From an uncultured Acidimicrobiia bacterium (GTDB lineage: Bacteria > Actinomycetota > Acidimicrobiia > Spongiisociales > UBA5794), in assembly GCA_963714375.1 (NCBI GenBank), contig CAVQOG010000006.1:223603-287602 (forward strand): a stretch of DNA of 64,000 nucleotides, written 5' to 3'. This document shows, in pieces, positions 10,705-20,952 of this stretch. The stretch's first letter is position 1, and each line of letters starts with the position of its first letter. The notes under the pieces were generated by a model. That model saw only the letters and a list, made by a program, of their open reading frames with translations. It did no database searches and was not told the origin of the DNA. A program made the position numbers and the translations under genes.

Positions 10705-11594
10705 GAGCCGCGGTGCTGCATCAGCTCCGTGTCGGGCAGCGTGTCGATGTTGATCCCGACCATCGCTTCGCCAAGGTTCTTGGAGACCTTGGCAATCATT
10801 GCAGGGTCGTTGTGGAAGGTCGTTGCCTGGACGATTGCGCTTGCTCGCTCGGCAGGGTCGCCTGATTTGAAGATCCCTGAACCAACAAACACACCGTCAC
10901 AGCCGAGCTGCATCATCAGGGCTGCGTCCGAAGGTGTCGCGATCCCGCCAGCGGCGAAGTTCACGACGGGAAGGACACCTGTGGCTGCAACTTCCTTCAC
11001 CAGGTCGTATGGAGCGCGCAGGTCTCTCGCTGCGTTCATGATCTCGTCTGGCCCGAGGGTGGTTAGCCACGCAATCTGAGCGTTCATCTTGCGCATGTGT
11101 TTCACCGCCTCAACGACGTTCCCTGTTCCGGGTTCGCCCTTTGTGCGGATCATTGCGGCACCCTCGCCGAGTCGGCGCAATGCCTCACCGAGATCCTTGG
11201 CACCACAGACAAACGGAACCGTGAAGGCATGCTTGTCGATATGGAACTCGTCCACGGGGCTGAGCACTTCGGACTCATCGATGTAGTCGACTCCGAGGGA
11301 TTCAAGAACCCGTGCCTCGACGAAGTGGCCGATCCGGGATTTTGCCATCACCGGGATCGACACGGCCGCAATGATCGCCTCTACCTTGGCTGGATCCGCC
11401 ATGCGCGCAACTCCGCCGTGTGCCCGGATATCTGCGGGAACCCGTTCGAGGGACATGACCGCACAGGCGCCAGCTTCTTCTGCGATCTTGGCCTGCTCTG
11501 GCGACACGACATCCATGATGACGCCGCCCTTCAGCATTTCTGCGAGACCGCGCTTGACCTTGTCCGTGCCTTGTTGTGTGCTTGTATCAGTCAT
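10701..11594 (-). CDS. pdxS: Pyridoxal 5'-phosphate synthase lyase subunit PdxS
   Basis: …[17 protein letters not shown]…[10 protein letters not shown]… (TIM barrel). Start placed at the ATG with an AAGGG SD; the track ORF's 57 extra residues are low-complexity and I reject them. Confidence 0.9.
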   Translation of the reverse strand: MTDTSTQQGTDKVKRGLAEMLKGGVIMDVVSPEQAKIAEEAGACAVMSLERVPADIRAHGGVARMADPAKVEAIIAAVSIPVMAKSRIGHFVEARVLESLGVDYIDESEVLSPVDEFHIDKHAFTVPFVCGAKDLGEALRRLGEGAAMIRTKGEPGTGNVVEAVKHMRKMNAQIAWLTTLGPDEIMNAARDLRAPYDLVKEVAATGVLPVVNFAAGGIATPSDAALMMQLGCDGVFVGSGIFKSGDPAERASAIVQATTFHNDPAMIAKVSKNLGEAMVGINIDTLPDTELMQHRGS

Positions 11595-11676
11595 TGTCGT
11601 GACCCTTGGTTGGCGATACCTGAACTTTGGTGATATCGGAATTGTGGCGATGTTTGAATTGTAGAGGGGGCACAGG

Positions 11677-12744
11677 TCAGCGTGGTCGTCCATGTGCGGC
11701 GATGGCATCCATGTAGGCAGCCTCAAACATCGTCGCAACGGTGCGCCCATCGAACATGTTGGCACGCTGCAGCCCGGTCAATTGGAGCTCGAGGCGTCTT
11801 TCTGTGTCCGTAAGAAGCGTCACGATCCGAGACGCAAGGCCAACGGGATCACCGGGAGCAACGATCTCGGCTGCATCACCCACGACATGGGCAAACGCCG
11901 GGATCCCAGATGCAACGACTGCACATCCTGCCGCCATTGCCTCAACCACGACAATACCGAACGACTCTCCGCCGAGGTTCGGTGCGCAGTAGATCTCGGA
12001 GGTGGAGAGGACATCGGCCTTCTCCTGCTCGGTGACACGACCCAGATACGTCACCGCGGAAGTCTGAATGTCGCGGGTCGCACCGACAACGGTGAGGTTC
12101 GCGTCCGGAACCGCGTGAACCACAGCCGGCCATGCGGCAAGGAGAACATCGAGGCCCTTACGCGGATCATCCCTACCGAGGAATGTCACCGATGCGGGAC
12201 GCTTGGTATTTGGTGTATACGCTCCGATTTCGACGCCGTTGGGGACGATCCGTGCGTCGATCATATGCGAGATCGCCGAACGAGAAACAGGACTTGTCGC
12301 GGTTGCCACGTCGATCTTGGACACGATCTGACGGAGGAGCATGCCGGTACTTCGGTATGTTCGGCGGATCCACGTTGGGGGGTCAGCGTGGAACGTTCCG
12401 ACTTTTGGCACGTCACCGATCCTGGTTGCGGCGAGTGACACGGTCGGCATGAGGGGCTCATGGATATGGACGACGTCTGCGTCTGCCATCGCTGCCGAGA
12501 GAGCCTTGCGTACCCGTGGGTTGACCATGATTGGCGTCGACGATTTGTTCGCCGTGATGGTCCGTGTTCGACCTATCAGAACGGTACCGGGCGGGAGTTC
12601 GGCGCCTGAGGTACCCTCGATGCCCGGGCCAATCAGCGTGACATCGTGTCCGAGGTCCCCAAGCCAGCCCACAAGCCGGATGGCCTGATCCTGCACTCCC
12701 CCGCTGCGTCCGAGATCATACGGGCATACGATCGCGACGTTCAT
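11677..12744 (-). CDS. GT4 family glycosyltransferase (PimA-like phosphatidylinositol mannosyltransferase)
   Basis: [41 protein letters not shown]-terminus and a GT-B fold with the EX7E-type C-terminal half. Lies downstream of pgsA plus an acyltransferase, as in the mycobacterial pgsA1-Rv2611c-pimA arrangement. Start is in an ATGA overlap with the upstream gene's stop. Confidence 0.75.
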   Translation of the reverse strand: MNVAIVCPYDLGRSGGVQDQAIRLVGWLGDLGHDVTLIGPGIEGTSGAELPPGTVLIGRTRTITANKSSTPIMVNPRVRKALSAAMADADVVHIHEPLMPTVSLAATRIGDVPKVGTFHADPPTWIRRTYRSTGMLLRQIVSKIDVATATSPVSRSAISHMIDARIVPNGVEIGAYTPNTKRPASVTFLGRDDPRKGLDVLLAAWPAVVHAVPDANLTVVGATRDIQTSAVTYLGRVTEQEKADVLSTSEIYCAPNLGGESFGIVVVEAMAAGCAVVASGIPAFAHVVGDAAEIVAPGDPVGLASRIVTLLTDTERRLELQLTGLQRANMFDGRTVATMFEAAYMDAIAAHGRPR

Positions 12745-13634
12745 GCCCGATACCCCACATCCGATGGCCAATTCGGCTGAAAGAGATGCCACTGGGCTGG
12801 ATCTCGAGCGATGATCTCTTCGAGCTTCCGTGCCATGAGCACAGCCCCAACAGCAACGGCCTGATCGCGAGATTCCTGTTCGGGGATATCGACAGGCGGG
12901 TGCACCTCAATGCGATGACCAGCCCCTTCCTTGAAGTACACACCGACCGGTATGAGAGCAGCACCTGTCAGAATTGCCAGTCCCACCGGCCCCGCTGGCA
13001 TCTTTGTTTCCTCGCCGAAGAACTCAGCCGTCAAACCGCTCCCGGTGACATCTCGGTCCGCAAGCAATGCAATGACCTTGCCCTTCTTGAGTGTTCGGAT
13101 CAGCTTCGATCGACGTTGTGGGTCAGTGGTCAGAACAATGTCAATGCCGAGTTGGTTGCGGACATCCACGAACCATTTCGTAATCCGGCCATTCGGGAGG
13201 TCCTCTGCCACTGCAAGAACAGGTGCCCCGATCTCGTCGGCGATGAGACCCGCGACTTCCCAGCTTCCGAGGTGTGGCAGAGCAAAGATGATGCCTCTTC
13301 CGTCATCCATCGCCTTGAACACATGCTCGAAGCCAATCCGTTCGACCCGGCTCGAAACAGCCTTGTGTCTCCGCGGCCGAAGCCAAAGTGTCTCTGCCCA
13401 GTATCGCCCATACGATTCATACATCCGATTGACGGCTGACTCGATCTCAGTATCGGATACATCCGGTCCCATAACACGGCGCATGTGGCCCCGCAGGAGC
13501 GGTCGTTTGTTGGATCGGCGCGCCGCACCTCTCCTTCCCATCCATTCCCCGGTGTAGCGCATCCATGGCTCAGGAAACGCTCCGAAGATGGCCGCGGCGA
13601 AACGAAACCCGTAATAGGCAATGAGGTGCTTCAC
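12741..13634 (-). CDS. Lipid A biosynthesis lauroyl/myristoyl acyltransferase family protein (HtrB/PatA-like)
   Basis: LpxL/HtrB-family features (…RGHMRRVMGPDVSDTEIE…IFALPHLGSWEVAG…). Start placed at a GTG that overlaps the pgsA TGA (GTGA). The upstream 99 aa of the track ORF overlap pgsA and I reject them. Confidence 0.75.
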   Translation of the reverse strand: MKHLIAYYGFRFAAAIFGAFPEPWMRYTGEWMGRRGAARRSNKRPLLRGHMRRVMGPDVSDTEIESAVNRMYESYGRYWAETLWLRPRRHKAVSSRVERIGFEHVFKAMDDGRGIIFALPHLGSWEVAGLIADEIGAPVLAVAEDLPNGRITKWFVDVRNQLGIDIVLTTDPQRRSKLIRTLKKGKVIALLADRDVTGSGLTAEFFGEETKMPAGPVGLAILTGAALIPVGVYFKEGAGHRIEVHPPVDIPEQESRDQAVAVGAVLMARKLEEIIARDPAQWHLFQPNWPSDVGYRA

Positions 13635-14218
13635 GAGTCCAGTTGCTGCCAAGTCTTCCAGATACGCTGAAGCACCGTGAAACCGGTCAGCACAGCGAAC
13701 ACCCAAAGGATTGGCTCCATGATTTCGAGGCCAAAGCCGACAAGCCCGGTCCCCGTGAGGATCAAGAGCATGCGTTCGGCTCTCCCCATCCAACCGCCCT
13801 TGCCTTCGAGTCCGAGGAGTTCGGCATGCGCCCTGACGTACGGGACCAGGAGCGAGAACGCAAGACTGAAGACGCAGAGCACCAAGAGACGTGGGTCGAA
13901 TCTCAAATAGACGGAGAGACCGATCCAAATCGCAATTTCACCGAACCGATCCGACATGGTGTCAAGGAATGCACCGCGATTCGACGCCGTCCCCTGGTGG
14001 CGCGCGAGGGGTCCGTCGAGTGCGTCGAGGACGACACCGAAGGCTGCTATCGAGGCACCCCATACGAGTTCGCCCGTTGCAATCAGAACAGCACCGGCAA
14101 TCGTGAACAGCAGACCAAGAACTGTGACGATGGCTGGCGTGAAGTGCAGCTTCGCAAGGAACGCAGCAATGGGTTTGAGAATTGGAGCGACTTTCTTTCG
14201 CCCCTTGAGGTCGATCAA
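13631..14218 (-). CDS. pgsA: CDP-alcohol phosphatidyltransferase (phosphatidylinositol phosphate synthase PgsA-like)
   Basis: CDP-OH phosphatidyltransferase motif DALDGPLAR...G...D within a multi-TM protein. Start placed at a TTG preceded by GAAGGAGG at 7-nt spacing; the track ORF's 66-aa Arg-rich extension is rejected. Confidence 0.8.
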   Translation of the reverse strand: MIDLKGRKKVAPILKPIAAFLAKLHFTPAIVTVLGLLFTIAGAVLIATGELVWGASIAAFGVVLDALDGPLARHQGTASNRGAFLDTMSDRFGEIAIWIGLSVYLRFDPRLLVLCVFSLAFSLLVPYVRAHAELLGLEGKGGWMGRAERMLLILTGTGLVGFGLEIMEPILWVFAVLTGFTVLQRIWKTWQQLDS

Positions 14219-14349
14219 GCGGAGACCTCCTTCGGGCGAAAGGTACCACAGACGGCGAGGGTTCAACCGGCCACTAGAATCTGTGTGTCCGGTGGAGCTT
14301 CGGCCACCGTGCATCGACTTCCTACCCCGAGGCGTGAGGTTTGACAGGC

Positions 14350-15642
14350 ATGAGTGATTCCAAGGCCAAGCTGAGCATCGGAGACGAAACCATCGAGCTT
14401 GACAAGTTCGAGGCAACGATGGGTCAACCTGCGATCGATATTCGGCGCCTGCGCGCCGATCTGGGGCACGTGACCTTCGACCCCGGTTTCGCCAATACGG
14501 CAGGTGCCCGCTCGGAGATCACCTACATCAACGGTGCCGAAGGCGAACTCCGCCACCGTGGGTACCAGATTGAGGATCTGGCGATCAACTGCAGCTTCCT
14601 AGAGGTCGCGTATTTGCTTCTGTACGGCAAGCTCCCCAATCAGGTCGAGCTCGATGCGTGGGAGCACGACATCTCCACCCACACCCTCCTCAATGAGGAG
14701 ATGCGCTCCTTCTTCGATGCATTCCCGCGAAGGGCTCATCCCATGGCCGTGCTGTCTTCGGCTACCAATGCGATCTCAACGTTCTATGACGTGTATCGCA
14801 GACCGACGCGCAAGCAGGAAATCGATTCGGGCGCACGGACCCTGATCGCCAAGCTGCCGACAGTGGCTGCTTGGGCGTATAAGAAGTCGATCGGTGAGCC
14901 GTATGTCTACCCGGACAACAACCTCGACTATGTCGAGAACTTTCTCCACATGATGTTCACGCGACCGGTCGAAGACGTCCCCATCGATCCTGCAGTCGTG
15001 AAGGCACTCAATGTCTTGCTGATTCTCCATGCAGACCATGGGCAGAACTGTTCGACGGCGACCGTTCGGGCAGTTGGATCGTCAAGGGCGAACATGTTCA
15101 CTTCGGTAGCTGCAGGAATGGGTGCACTGTGGGGTCCGCTCCATGGCGGTGCAAACCAGTCGGTCATCGAGATGCTCCAGGTCATCCATGACGACCCTGA
15201 TGCCACCATCGAATCGACCATTGCGAGGGCGAAAGACAAGGATGACGAATTCCGTCTCATGGGATTCGGCCATCGGGTGTACAGCAACTACGACCCACGG
15301 GCCCGCGTGCTCAAGTCCTTCGCCGAGGACGTACTTGACCGCATGGAGACAACCGATCCGCTCCTCGAAATAGCACGTGAACTTGAGGCAGCCGCTCTGG
15401 CCGACGACTATTTTGCGTCGCGCAAGCTGTACCCGAACGTCGATTTCTACTCGGGGATCATCTTCCGGGCGTTGGGTTTCCCTTCGCGGATGTTCACTGT
15501 GCTGTTTGCCATCGGCCGTATCCCCGGTTGGATCGCAAACTGGATGGAAATGAACAGCGATCCCGACACCCGCATCATGCGCCCCCGCCAGCTCTATGTC
15601 GGTGAGACCGCCAGGGACTACGTGAACATCGAAGACCGCTGA
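14350..15642 (+). CDS. gltA: Citrate synthase
   Basis: …GFGHRVYSNYDPRA…, …LHADHGQNCSTATVR… and a C-terminal …YVNIEDR are citrate synthase signatures. Transcribed divergently from pgsA. Confidence 0.93.
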   Translation: MSDSKAKLSIGDETIELDKFEATMGQPAIDIRRLRADLGHVTFDPGFANTAGARSEITYINGAEGELRHRGYQIEDLAINCSFLEVAYLLLYGKLPNQVELDAWEHDISTHTLLNEEMRSFFDAFPRRAHPMAVLSSATNAISTFYDVYRRPTRKQEIDSGARTLIAKLPTVAAWAYKKSIGEPYVYPDNNLDYVENFLHMMFTRPVEDVPIDPAVVKALNVLLILHADHGQNCSTATVRAVGSSRANMFTSVAAGMGALWGPLHGGANQSVIEMLQVIHDDPDATIESTIARAKDKDDEFRLMGFGHRVYSNYDPRARVLKSFAEDVLDRMETTDPLLEIARELEAAALADDYFASRKLYPNVDFYSGIIFRALGFPSRMFTVLFAIGRIPGWIANWMEMNSDPDTRIMRPRQLYVGETARDYVNIEDR

Positions 15643-15658
15643 AAGCTATGACCTGCAC

Positions 15659-16108
15659 CTACGGTACAGGCACTTCCTCTTCATACCTGCCGAGGATTTC
15701 ACCGGTAAGCCCATCGACGGTGATGAGGGCTTGGTGATCGGGTGCTGGTCCTGCGGCGAAAACGAGGACTTGCCATACGGGCTTTGCGAGCCAACCACGA
15801 AACCCGAGCGTGCCTGACCCGTGACCGACCTCGAACGATGCATCTTCGGAAGCTATGGCGATCGCCTGCATGTCCGTGACCTTCAGTTTCCATCCCCCAG
15901 CAATCTGAAAGCTGGCAAGTAGAACAATCGGCAAAACAGCCGTGAGCCACATGGCATCAACACCCGATACGAGAACAATCCCGGCTGCCAACAGGGCGAC
16001 AATGAGATAGACCATTCCGGCATGACGCCGGGTTGCCGTGTCAAGAACGCGGAAGGGCCCAACCGGTTCCCCGGTCGGGCCTCCTCCGTTCAACACTTCT
16101 TCTGCCAT
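15659..16108 (-). CDS. Hypothetical membrane protein (2 TM), co-directional with and 6 nt downstream of the MMPL transporter
   Basis: 149 aa with two hydrophobic helices followed by a soluble domain; no motif I recognise. Confidence 0.55.
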   Translation of the reverse strand: MAEEVLNGGGPTGEPVGPFRVLDTATRRHAGMVYLIVALLAAGIVLVSGVDAMWLTAVLPIVLLASFQIAGGWKLKVTDMQAIAIASEDASFEVGHGSGTLGFRGWLAKPVWQVLVFAAGPAPDHQALITVDGLTGEILGRYEEEVPVP

Positions 16109-16114
16109 GGTTCC

Positions 16115-18826
16115 CTACGCGGTCTTCGAATCGCCTAGACCGTTGTCGTCGATCGTGGCGATCGATACCGGGGCGTCGCCTCGAGACATGTGCCAGCGCG
16201 ACCACAGCACCAACATCGAAGGCAGCACCATCACTGCGGCGACGAGGGCGAGCAGAATCGTATAGGCGGTCACGAATCCGAACTGTCGGAACGGAATCGT
16301 CGTTGATGTGATCAGAATTCCAAATCCGAGAATGGTTGTCACCGCTGAGCCCGCCAAGGCACCGCCCGTATGGACAAGCGTGTGCTCGATCGCGTCGTCG
16401 ATGTCGTCAAACTCGTGACGCTCTTCGAGGTATCGATGGGTCACGTGGATCATGTATGGAATACCGATACCAATCGCAAGCGCAGAGATGGTGGCCGTGA
16501 CAGGTCCAAACGGAATACCAAATGCCGCCATCAGCCCGAATGCCCACACAACAACGATTGCAACGGGAATCGTCGTGATAACACCAAGCATTGGGCGGCG
16601 AGATTCGAACCAGAAGTTCGCGACCAGCAACAGCAGTGCTGCGCCAAGCGTCAAGAGCAGCGACGACACCTGAGAGGCGCTCAGCGTGTCCACAACGAGT
16701 CCATTGATGATGAACGTCGATGTCGCAACGGCAGTATCACCGGCGGCTGACATCGGTGCAAATGCACCGTTGAGATCATCGGCAAGTTCGCCAGCACGGC
16801 TCTCCCCGGCAAGGGTTTGGAAGTTGAACACCGTCGATCGATAGTCGGGTGCCAACACGGACGCCATCGAAATGGGGTCTTTGGCGTATGCCGCGTCATA
16901 GAACGATGTCAGATCAGCATCATCGGGAGCCATCTGATTCTGGCCCATGCCAGCACTGATCGCAGCGTTCAGGAGGTCCGGATCAAAGGATGGTCCCGAG
17001 GGATTCAACCACTGGAAGAGGTAGAACATCACGGAGGTCCCTGCGGGCAGCTCCACACCAGGAGCAACTTCAAATGTCTGTACATCCTCACCGAGTGCCG
17101 CCGCATTCTGATAGGACGCAAGCATCGCGTTCCACGAACTGCCCTTGGTCAACTCACCCTTCACGAGAACCGAGGTCGTCTCCGGGAACTCGAATTGGTC
17201 GGTAACCGTGACCGCGGTGTCGCGCAGGGGCGAGGTTGTCGGCACGAAGTCGAGGAACGAGAACTCCGTTGAAAGCTTCGTCATTCCGAACGTGCCAAGG
17301 CCTGCAAGCAGCAGCGAGACAATCAATGTACCGACGGCGAACCTTCGAGGAAGCACCGACAGCTTTCCAATGGCGCTTGGCAGCACCCGGGAGTCCCCGC
17401 CTTCGAGACCGTCGGTGGCAAACGTGCCAGCCCGCTCAGCCTTGCGGTCGAGGAGTTCCCTGACCGCCGGAACAAAGGTGAGCATAAGGAGGAACGATGC
17501 CGCGATACCGACCGCTGCCAGCTCACCGAATTCGGCGAGGGCAGGGATCGAGCTTGTGACATTTGTGAGGAAGCCGACGGCTGTTGTCACCGTCGCCAGT
17601 ACGAGTGCCACGCCAACCGTTCTGATTGCGGTCGAGATGGCGGCATCAACCGATCTTCCTGCAACCAATTCCTGTCTGTACCGCGTTGTCATGTGGATCG
17701 AGTAATCGACGCCGAGTCCGATGAGAAGAATCGGAAGAATCTGGACCATCTGTGACTGACCACCGAACCGCAGGTACCCGTAGCCCATCATCCACTGGAT
17801 CGCGAGACCGATCGTCAGGAACGTGACGAGGGTGTCAGCGGTCGTCCGTCGCAGCCGCTTGGACGTGAGCGCCCACATGAGGAACGCGACCGTGTACAGC
17901 GCCAGAGCGCTGAGGGCGATCGGCATCAGTCCGGCATCGGCCCACGACCGGGGGAAGACGTCTGGGAAAATCATGGCCAGACCCGGAACAACGGCGATTC
18001 CAGCACCAATCATCATCAGAACGACACCGACGACGAACGTCGCCTGCTCGCGGCGCCCCGACGGTGTCACGACGAAGATAAAGGCAAGCACCAACAGAAT
18101 GATCAGCGCTGCCGCGATCAGCAGACGGCTGATCTCGGTCTGGAAATCTCCTGTGTCGGAAAAGATCAGATCGACATTGAACGGTGCCTGCGTAATGGAC
18201 TCGGGTGACGGAGCTGCGGCTATGGCGTCGGCAGTGGCAAGGGCGCGATCAGCGAGTTCGTCAAAGTCGTCAGACGACTCGTAGGTGATGACATCTAGGC
18301 CAAGCTCAGCGGTGGCAGTCTCAAGGTCTGCATCCGTGCTCAAGAGTGCCGTGATTTGCGCACGGAACGCGTCGGGGATCTGTTGAAGCCCTGCGAGGTA
18401 GTAGGCCTTGACCTCGGCGTCGGACGTCGGCATCGGTGCACCAGCCTGAATCGCCTGAAGGACGGGCATGAGGTAGCTCAGTACCGCCGGATTCTCTGGT
18501 TGGTCAACGAGGTATTGAGAAATGTCGGAACTTCGAACGCTCTGGTCGAGGGCAATGGCTGCCTCGAGCCCATCGAGGGTGATGACGTCGCCGGTGGCGC
18601 TCGACACGACCACTTGCATACTCGATACGACGCCGAAAGTTGCTGAGATCTCCGATGCTGCGGTGAGCTCGGGAGCGTCAGGGGCGAAGGACTCATTCTG
18701 ATCCTCGGCTGGGACAAATTTCGATGCCATGGCGCCCAGAATCATCGACAGTACGATGACAACGGCAATAACAATCCATGGTGCGCGGCGTACGGCGGTC
18801 GCAAGCGCCTTCACAAGCGTTCTCAA
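16115..18826 (-). CDS. MMPL family RND-superfamily transporter
   Basis: 903 aa with two 6-TM bundles, each preceded by a large extracytoplasmic domain (MMPL topology). Confidence 0.85.
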   Translation of the reverse strand: MRTLVKALATAVRRAPWIVIAVVIVLSMILGAMASKFVPAEDQNESFAPDAPELTAASEISATFGVVSSMQVVVSSATGDVITLDGLEAAIALDQSVRSSDISQYLVDQPENPAVLSYLMPVLQAIQAGAPMPTSDAEVKAYYLAGLQQIPDAFRAQITALLSTDADLETATAELGLDVITYESSDDFDELADRALATADAIAAAPSPESITQAPFNVDLIFSDTGDFQTEISRLLIAAALIILLVLAFIFVVTPSGRREQATFVVGVVLMMIGAGIAVVPGLAMIFPDVFPRSWADAGLMPIALSALALYTVAFLMWALTSKRLRRTTADTLVTFLTIGLAIQWMMGYGYLRFGGQSQMVQILPILLIGLGVDYSIHMTTRYRQELVAGRSVDAAISTAIRTVGVALVLATVTTAVGFLTNVTSSIPALAEFGELAAVGIAASFLLMLTFVPAVRELLDRKAERAGTFATDGLEGGDSRVLPSAIGKLSVLPRRFAVGTLIVSLLLAGLGTFGMTKLSTEFSFLDFVPTTSPLRDTAVTVTDQFEFPETTSVLVKGELTKGSSWNAMLASYQNAAALGEDVQTFEVAPGVELPAGTSVMFYLFQWLNPSGPSFDPDLLNAAISAGMGQNQMAPDDADLTSFYDAAYAKDPISMASVLAPDYRSTVFNFQTLAGESRAGELADDLNGAFAPMSAAGDTAVATSTFIINGLVVDTLSASQVSSLLLTLGAALLLLVANFWFESRRPMLGVITTIPVAIVVVWAFGLMAAFGIPFGPVTATISALAIGIGIPYMIHVTHRYLEERHEFDDIDDAIEHTLVHTGGALAGSAVTTILGFGILITSTTIPFRQFGFVTAYTILLALVAAVMVLPSMLVLWSRWHMSRGDAPVSIATIDDNGLGDSKTA

Positions 18827-18903
18827 GGGGTTCCTCCAAAGGATGGGACTGAAGCGGCAGTCGCTCGAAACGAGAGACTAATGACAGCCCCGTTTCCAAT
18901 TGC

Positions 18904-20850
18904 CTAGCGCGGAGGCCTGGCAAGCTCGACAAGTCGCGTAATCACGGCATCGACCGCCACCCCGCGCTCTTCGTGTTCGTCACCGCGGAGGCGAAGACCC
19001 GCAGTGCCAGCCTCGACATCATTGTCCCCCACAACGATGACAGCTGGATGCTTCTGCGTAATCGCCTTTCGAATCTTGTCACCGACCGTGTCGTCTGCGA
19101 TATCGACCTCAGCACGTATCCCCGCTTCCTTGAGCTGCTGCACCACGGATGCTGCGTAGTCGTTGTGGCGGTCGGCAACGGGGACAATGGTTGCCTGTAC
19201 GGGTGAGAGCCACATCGGAAACGCTCCGGCGTAGTGTTCGACAAGTACACCAACGAACCGTTCGACCGATCCGAGCAGCGCTCGGTGGATCATGACGGGC
19301 CGTTCCCGCGTGTTGTCAGCGGTCGCGTACTCGAGCTCAAAGTTCTCTGGCTGGGCAAAGTCAACCTGGATCGTGGAGAGCTGCCAGCGGCGACCGATGG
19401 CATCCTTTACATGGATGTCGATCTTTGGCCCATAGAAGGCTCCCTCACCGGCCGCGAGCTGAAAGTCGAGCCCCGCCTTGTCGAGCGATGCTGCGAGGTA
19501 TTCCTCTGCACGTTGCCACGCATCGACGTTGCCGACAAACTTTTCAGGTCGCGTCGACAGGTCAGCCTCGAACTCCTCAAACCCGAAGTCGCGCAGCACC
19601 ATGAGGACGAATCCGAGGAGGGTGTTCAGTTCGTCTGCGAGCATGTCCTCCGTTGTGAAAATGTGGCTGTCGTCCTGGGTGAATCCGCGGGCCCGCAACA
19701 GACCGTGGATCACACCGGATCGCTCGTAGCGATACACGGTGCCGAGCTCAAAGAGGCGCATTGGAAGCTCGCGATAGGACCGAGTTGAAGACTTGTAGAC
19801 CAGGATGTGAAACGGGCAATTCATCGGCTTGACGACGTATGCCTGCCCATCCTTGTCGTCTGATCCGTCGAGTTCCATCTGCGGATACATGTTCTCGGCA
19901 TAGAAGTCAGCATGCCCAGACGTCTGCCACAGTTCGGCCTTTGCAACGTGGGGGGAAACCACATAGTCATAGCCGCCGTTGCGGTGCGTGCGGCGGGAAT
20001 AGTCCTCGATCACCGTCTTGAGGATGCCTCCTTTTGGATGCCAGATGGCAAGCCCCGATCCCAGTTCGGATGGAAACGAAAACAGGTCCAGTTCCGCTCC
20101 GAGTTTGCGATGGTCGCGCTTGCCCGCTTCCTCAAGCCTCACGAGATACTCGTCAAGAGCCTTCGTCGACTCCCACGCTGTTCCATAGATGCGCTGAAGC
20201 TGCGGGTTGCTCTCATCGCCGCGCCAGTATGCGCCGGCCGATCGGAGCACCTTGAAGGCCTTCAACCGCCCCGTTGAAGGGAGGTGCGGCCCACGACACA
20301 GATCGAGGAACGCATCGTTGCGATACGTCGAAACCGTGGTGTCGTCGACGCCCTCATCTGCATCCACTCCTTGGATGATCTCGACCTTGAATGGGTGGTC
20401 GGCGAATTCCGTGACCGCTTCCGAAATCTCGAGCTCGCCTCGCTCGAACGGCTGATCAGCAGCAACAATCTCGACCATCTTTTCCTCGATCTGTTCGAGG
20501 TCGTCTGGCGTAAATGGTCGGCCGACGCTGAAGTCGTAGTAGAAGCCGTCCTCGATAGCGGGCCCAATGGCAAAGGTTGAGCCAGGGAACAGTTCAAGAA
20601 CCGCCTGAGCCATGATGTGAGCGGCAGAATGGCGCATGACATGGCGACCAGCCTCGGTGCTGTCGGTCACGATGGACACCGCAGCATCGTTTTCAATTGG
20701 TCGGTGCAGGTCATACATGGCGGAATCGACGGTGACCGCAACCGCAGCCTGTGCGAGACGTGGACCGATATCGGAAGCGACATCGAACCCTGTCACACCA
20801 TCGTCGTACTTGCGCTCAGAGCCGTCTGGGAGTGTAATGAGGACCGTCAC
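18904..20850 (-). CDS. thrS: Threonine--tRNA ligase
   Basis: TGS N-domain (…ITLPDGSERKYDDGVTGFDVA…), class II catalytic motifs (…RHSAAHIMAQAV…, FYYDF) and an anticodon-binding C-terminus. Start placed at a GTG preceded by AAGGA; the track start is 54 nt upstream. Confidence 0.92.
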   Translation of the reverse strand: MTVLITLPDGSERKYDDGVTGFDVASDIGPRLAQAAVAVTVDSAMYDLHRPIENDAAVSIVTDSTEAGRHVMRHSAAHIMAQAVLELFPGSTFAIGPAIEDGFYYDFSVGRPFTPDDLEQIEEKMVEIVAADQPFERGELEISEAVTEFADHPFKVEIIQGVDADEGVDDTTVSTYRNDAFLDLCRGPHLPSTGRLKAFKVLRSAGAYWRGDESNPQLQRIYGTAWESTKALDEYLVRLEEAGKRDHRKLGAELDLFSFPSELGSGLAIWHPKGGILKTVIEDYSRRTHRNGGYDYVVSPHVAKAELWQTSGHADFYAENMYPQMELDGSDDKDGQAYVVKPMNCPFHILVYKSSTRSYRELPMRLFELGTVYRYERSGVIHGLLRARGFTQDDSHIFTTEDMLADELNTLLGFVLMVLRDFGFEEFEADLSTRPEKFVGNVDAWQRAEEYLAASLDKAGLDFQLAAGEGAFYGPKIDIHVKDAIGRRWQLSTIQVDFAQPENFELEYATADNTRERPVMIHRALLGSVERFVGVLVEHYAGAFPMWLSPVQATIVPVADRHNDYAASVVQQLKEAGIRAEVDIADDTVGDKIRKAITQKHPAVIVVGDNDVEAGTAGLRLRGDEHEERGVAVDAVITRLVELARPPR

Positions 20851-20952
20851 CGGATGTCCTTGTGATCGATGGACGCTTATCGGATAGGTAAGGGTACCCA
20901 TCATGACGTTCGGTACGTATCGTGCAAGCTATCCCTTCCCCCGGAGCCACAA

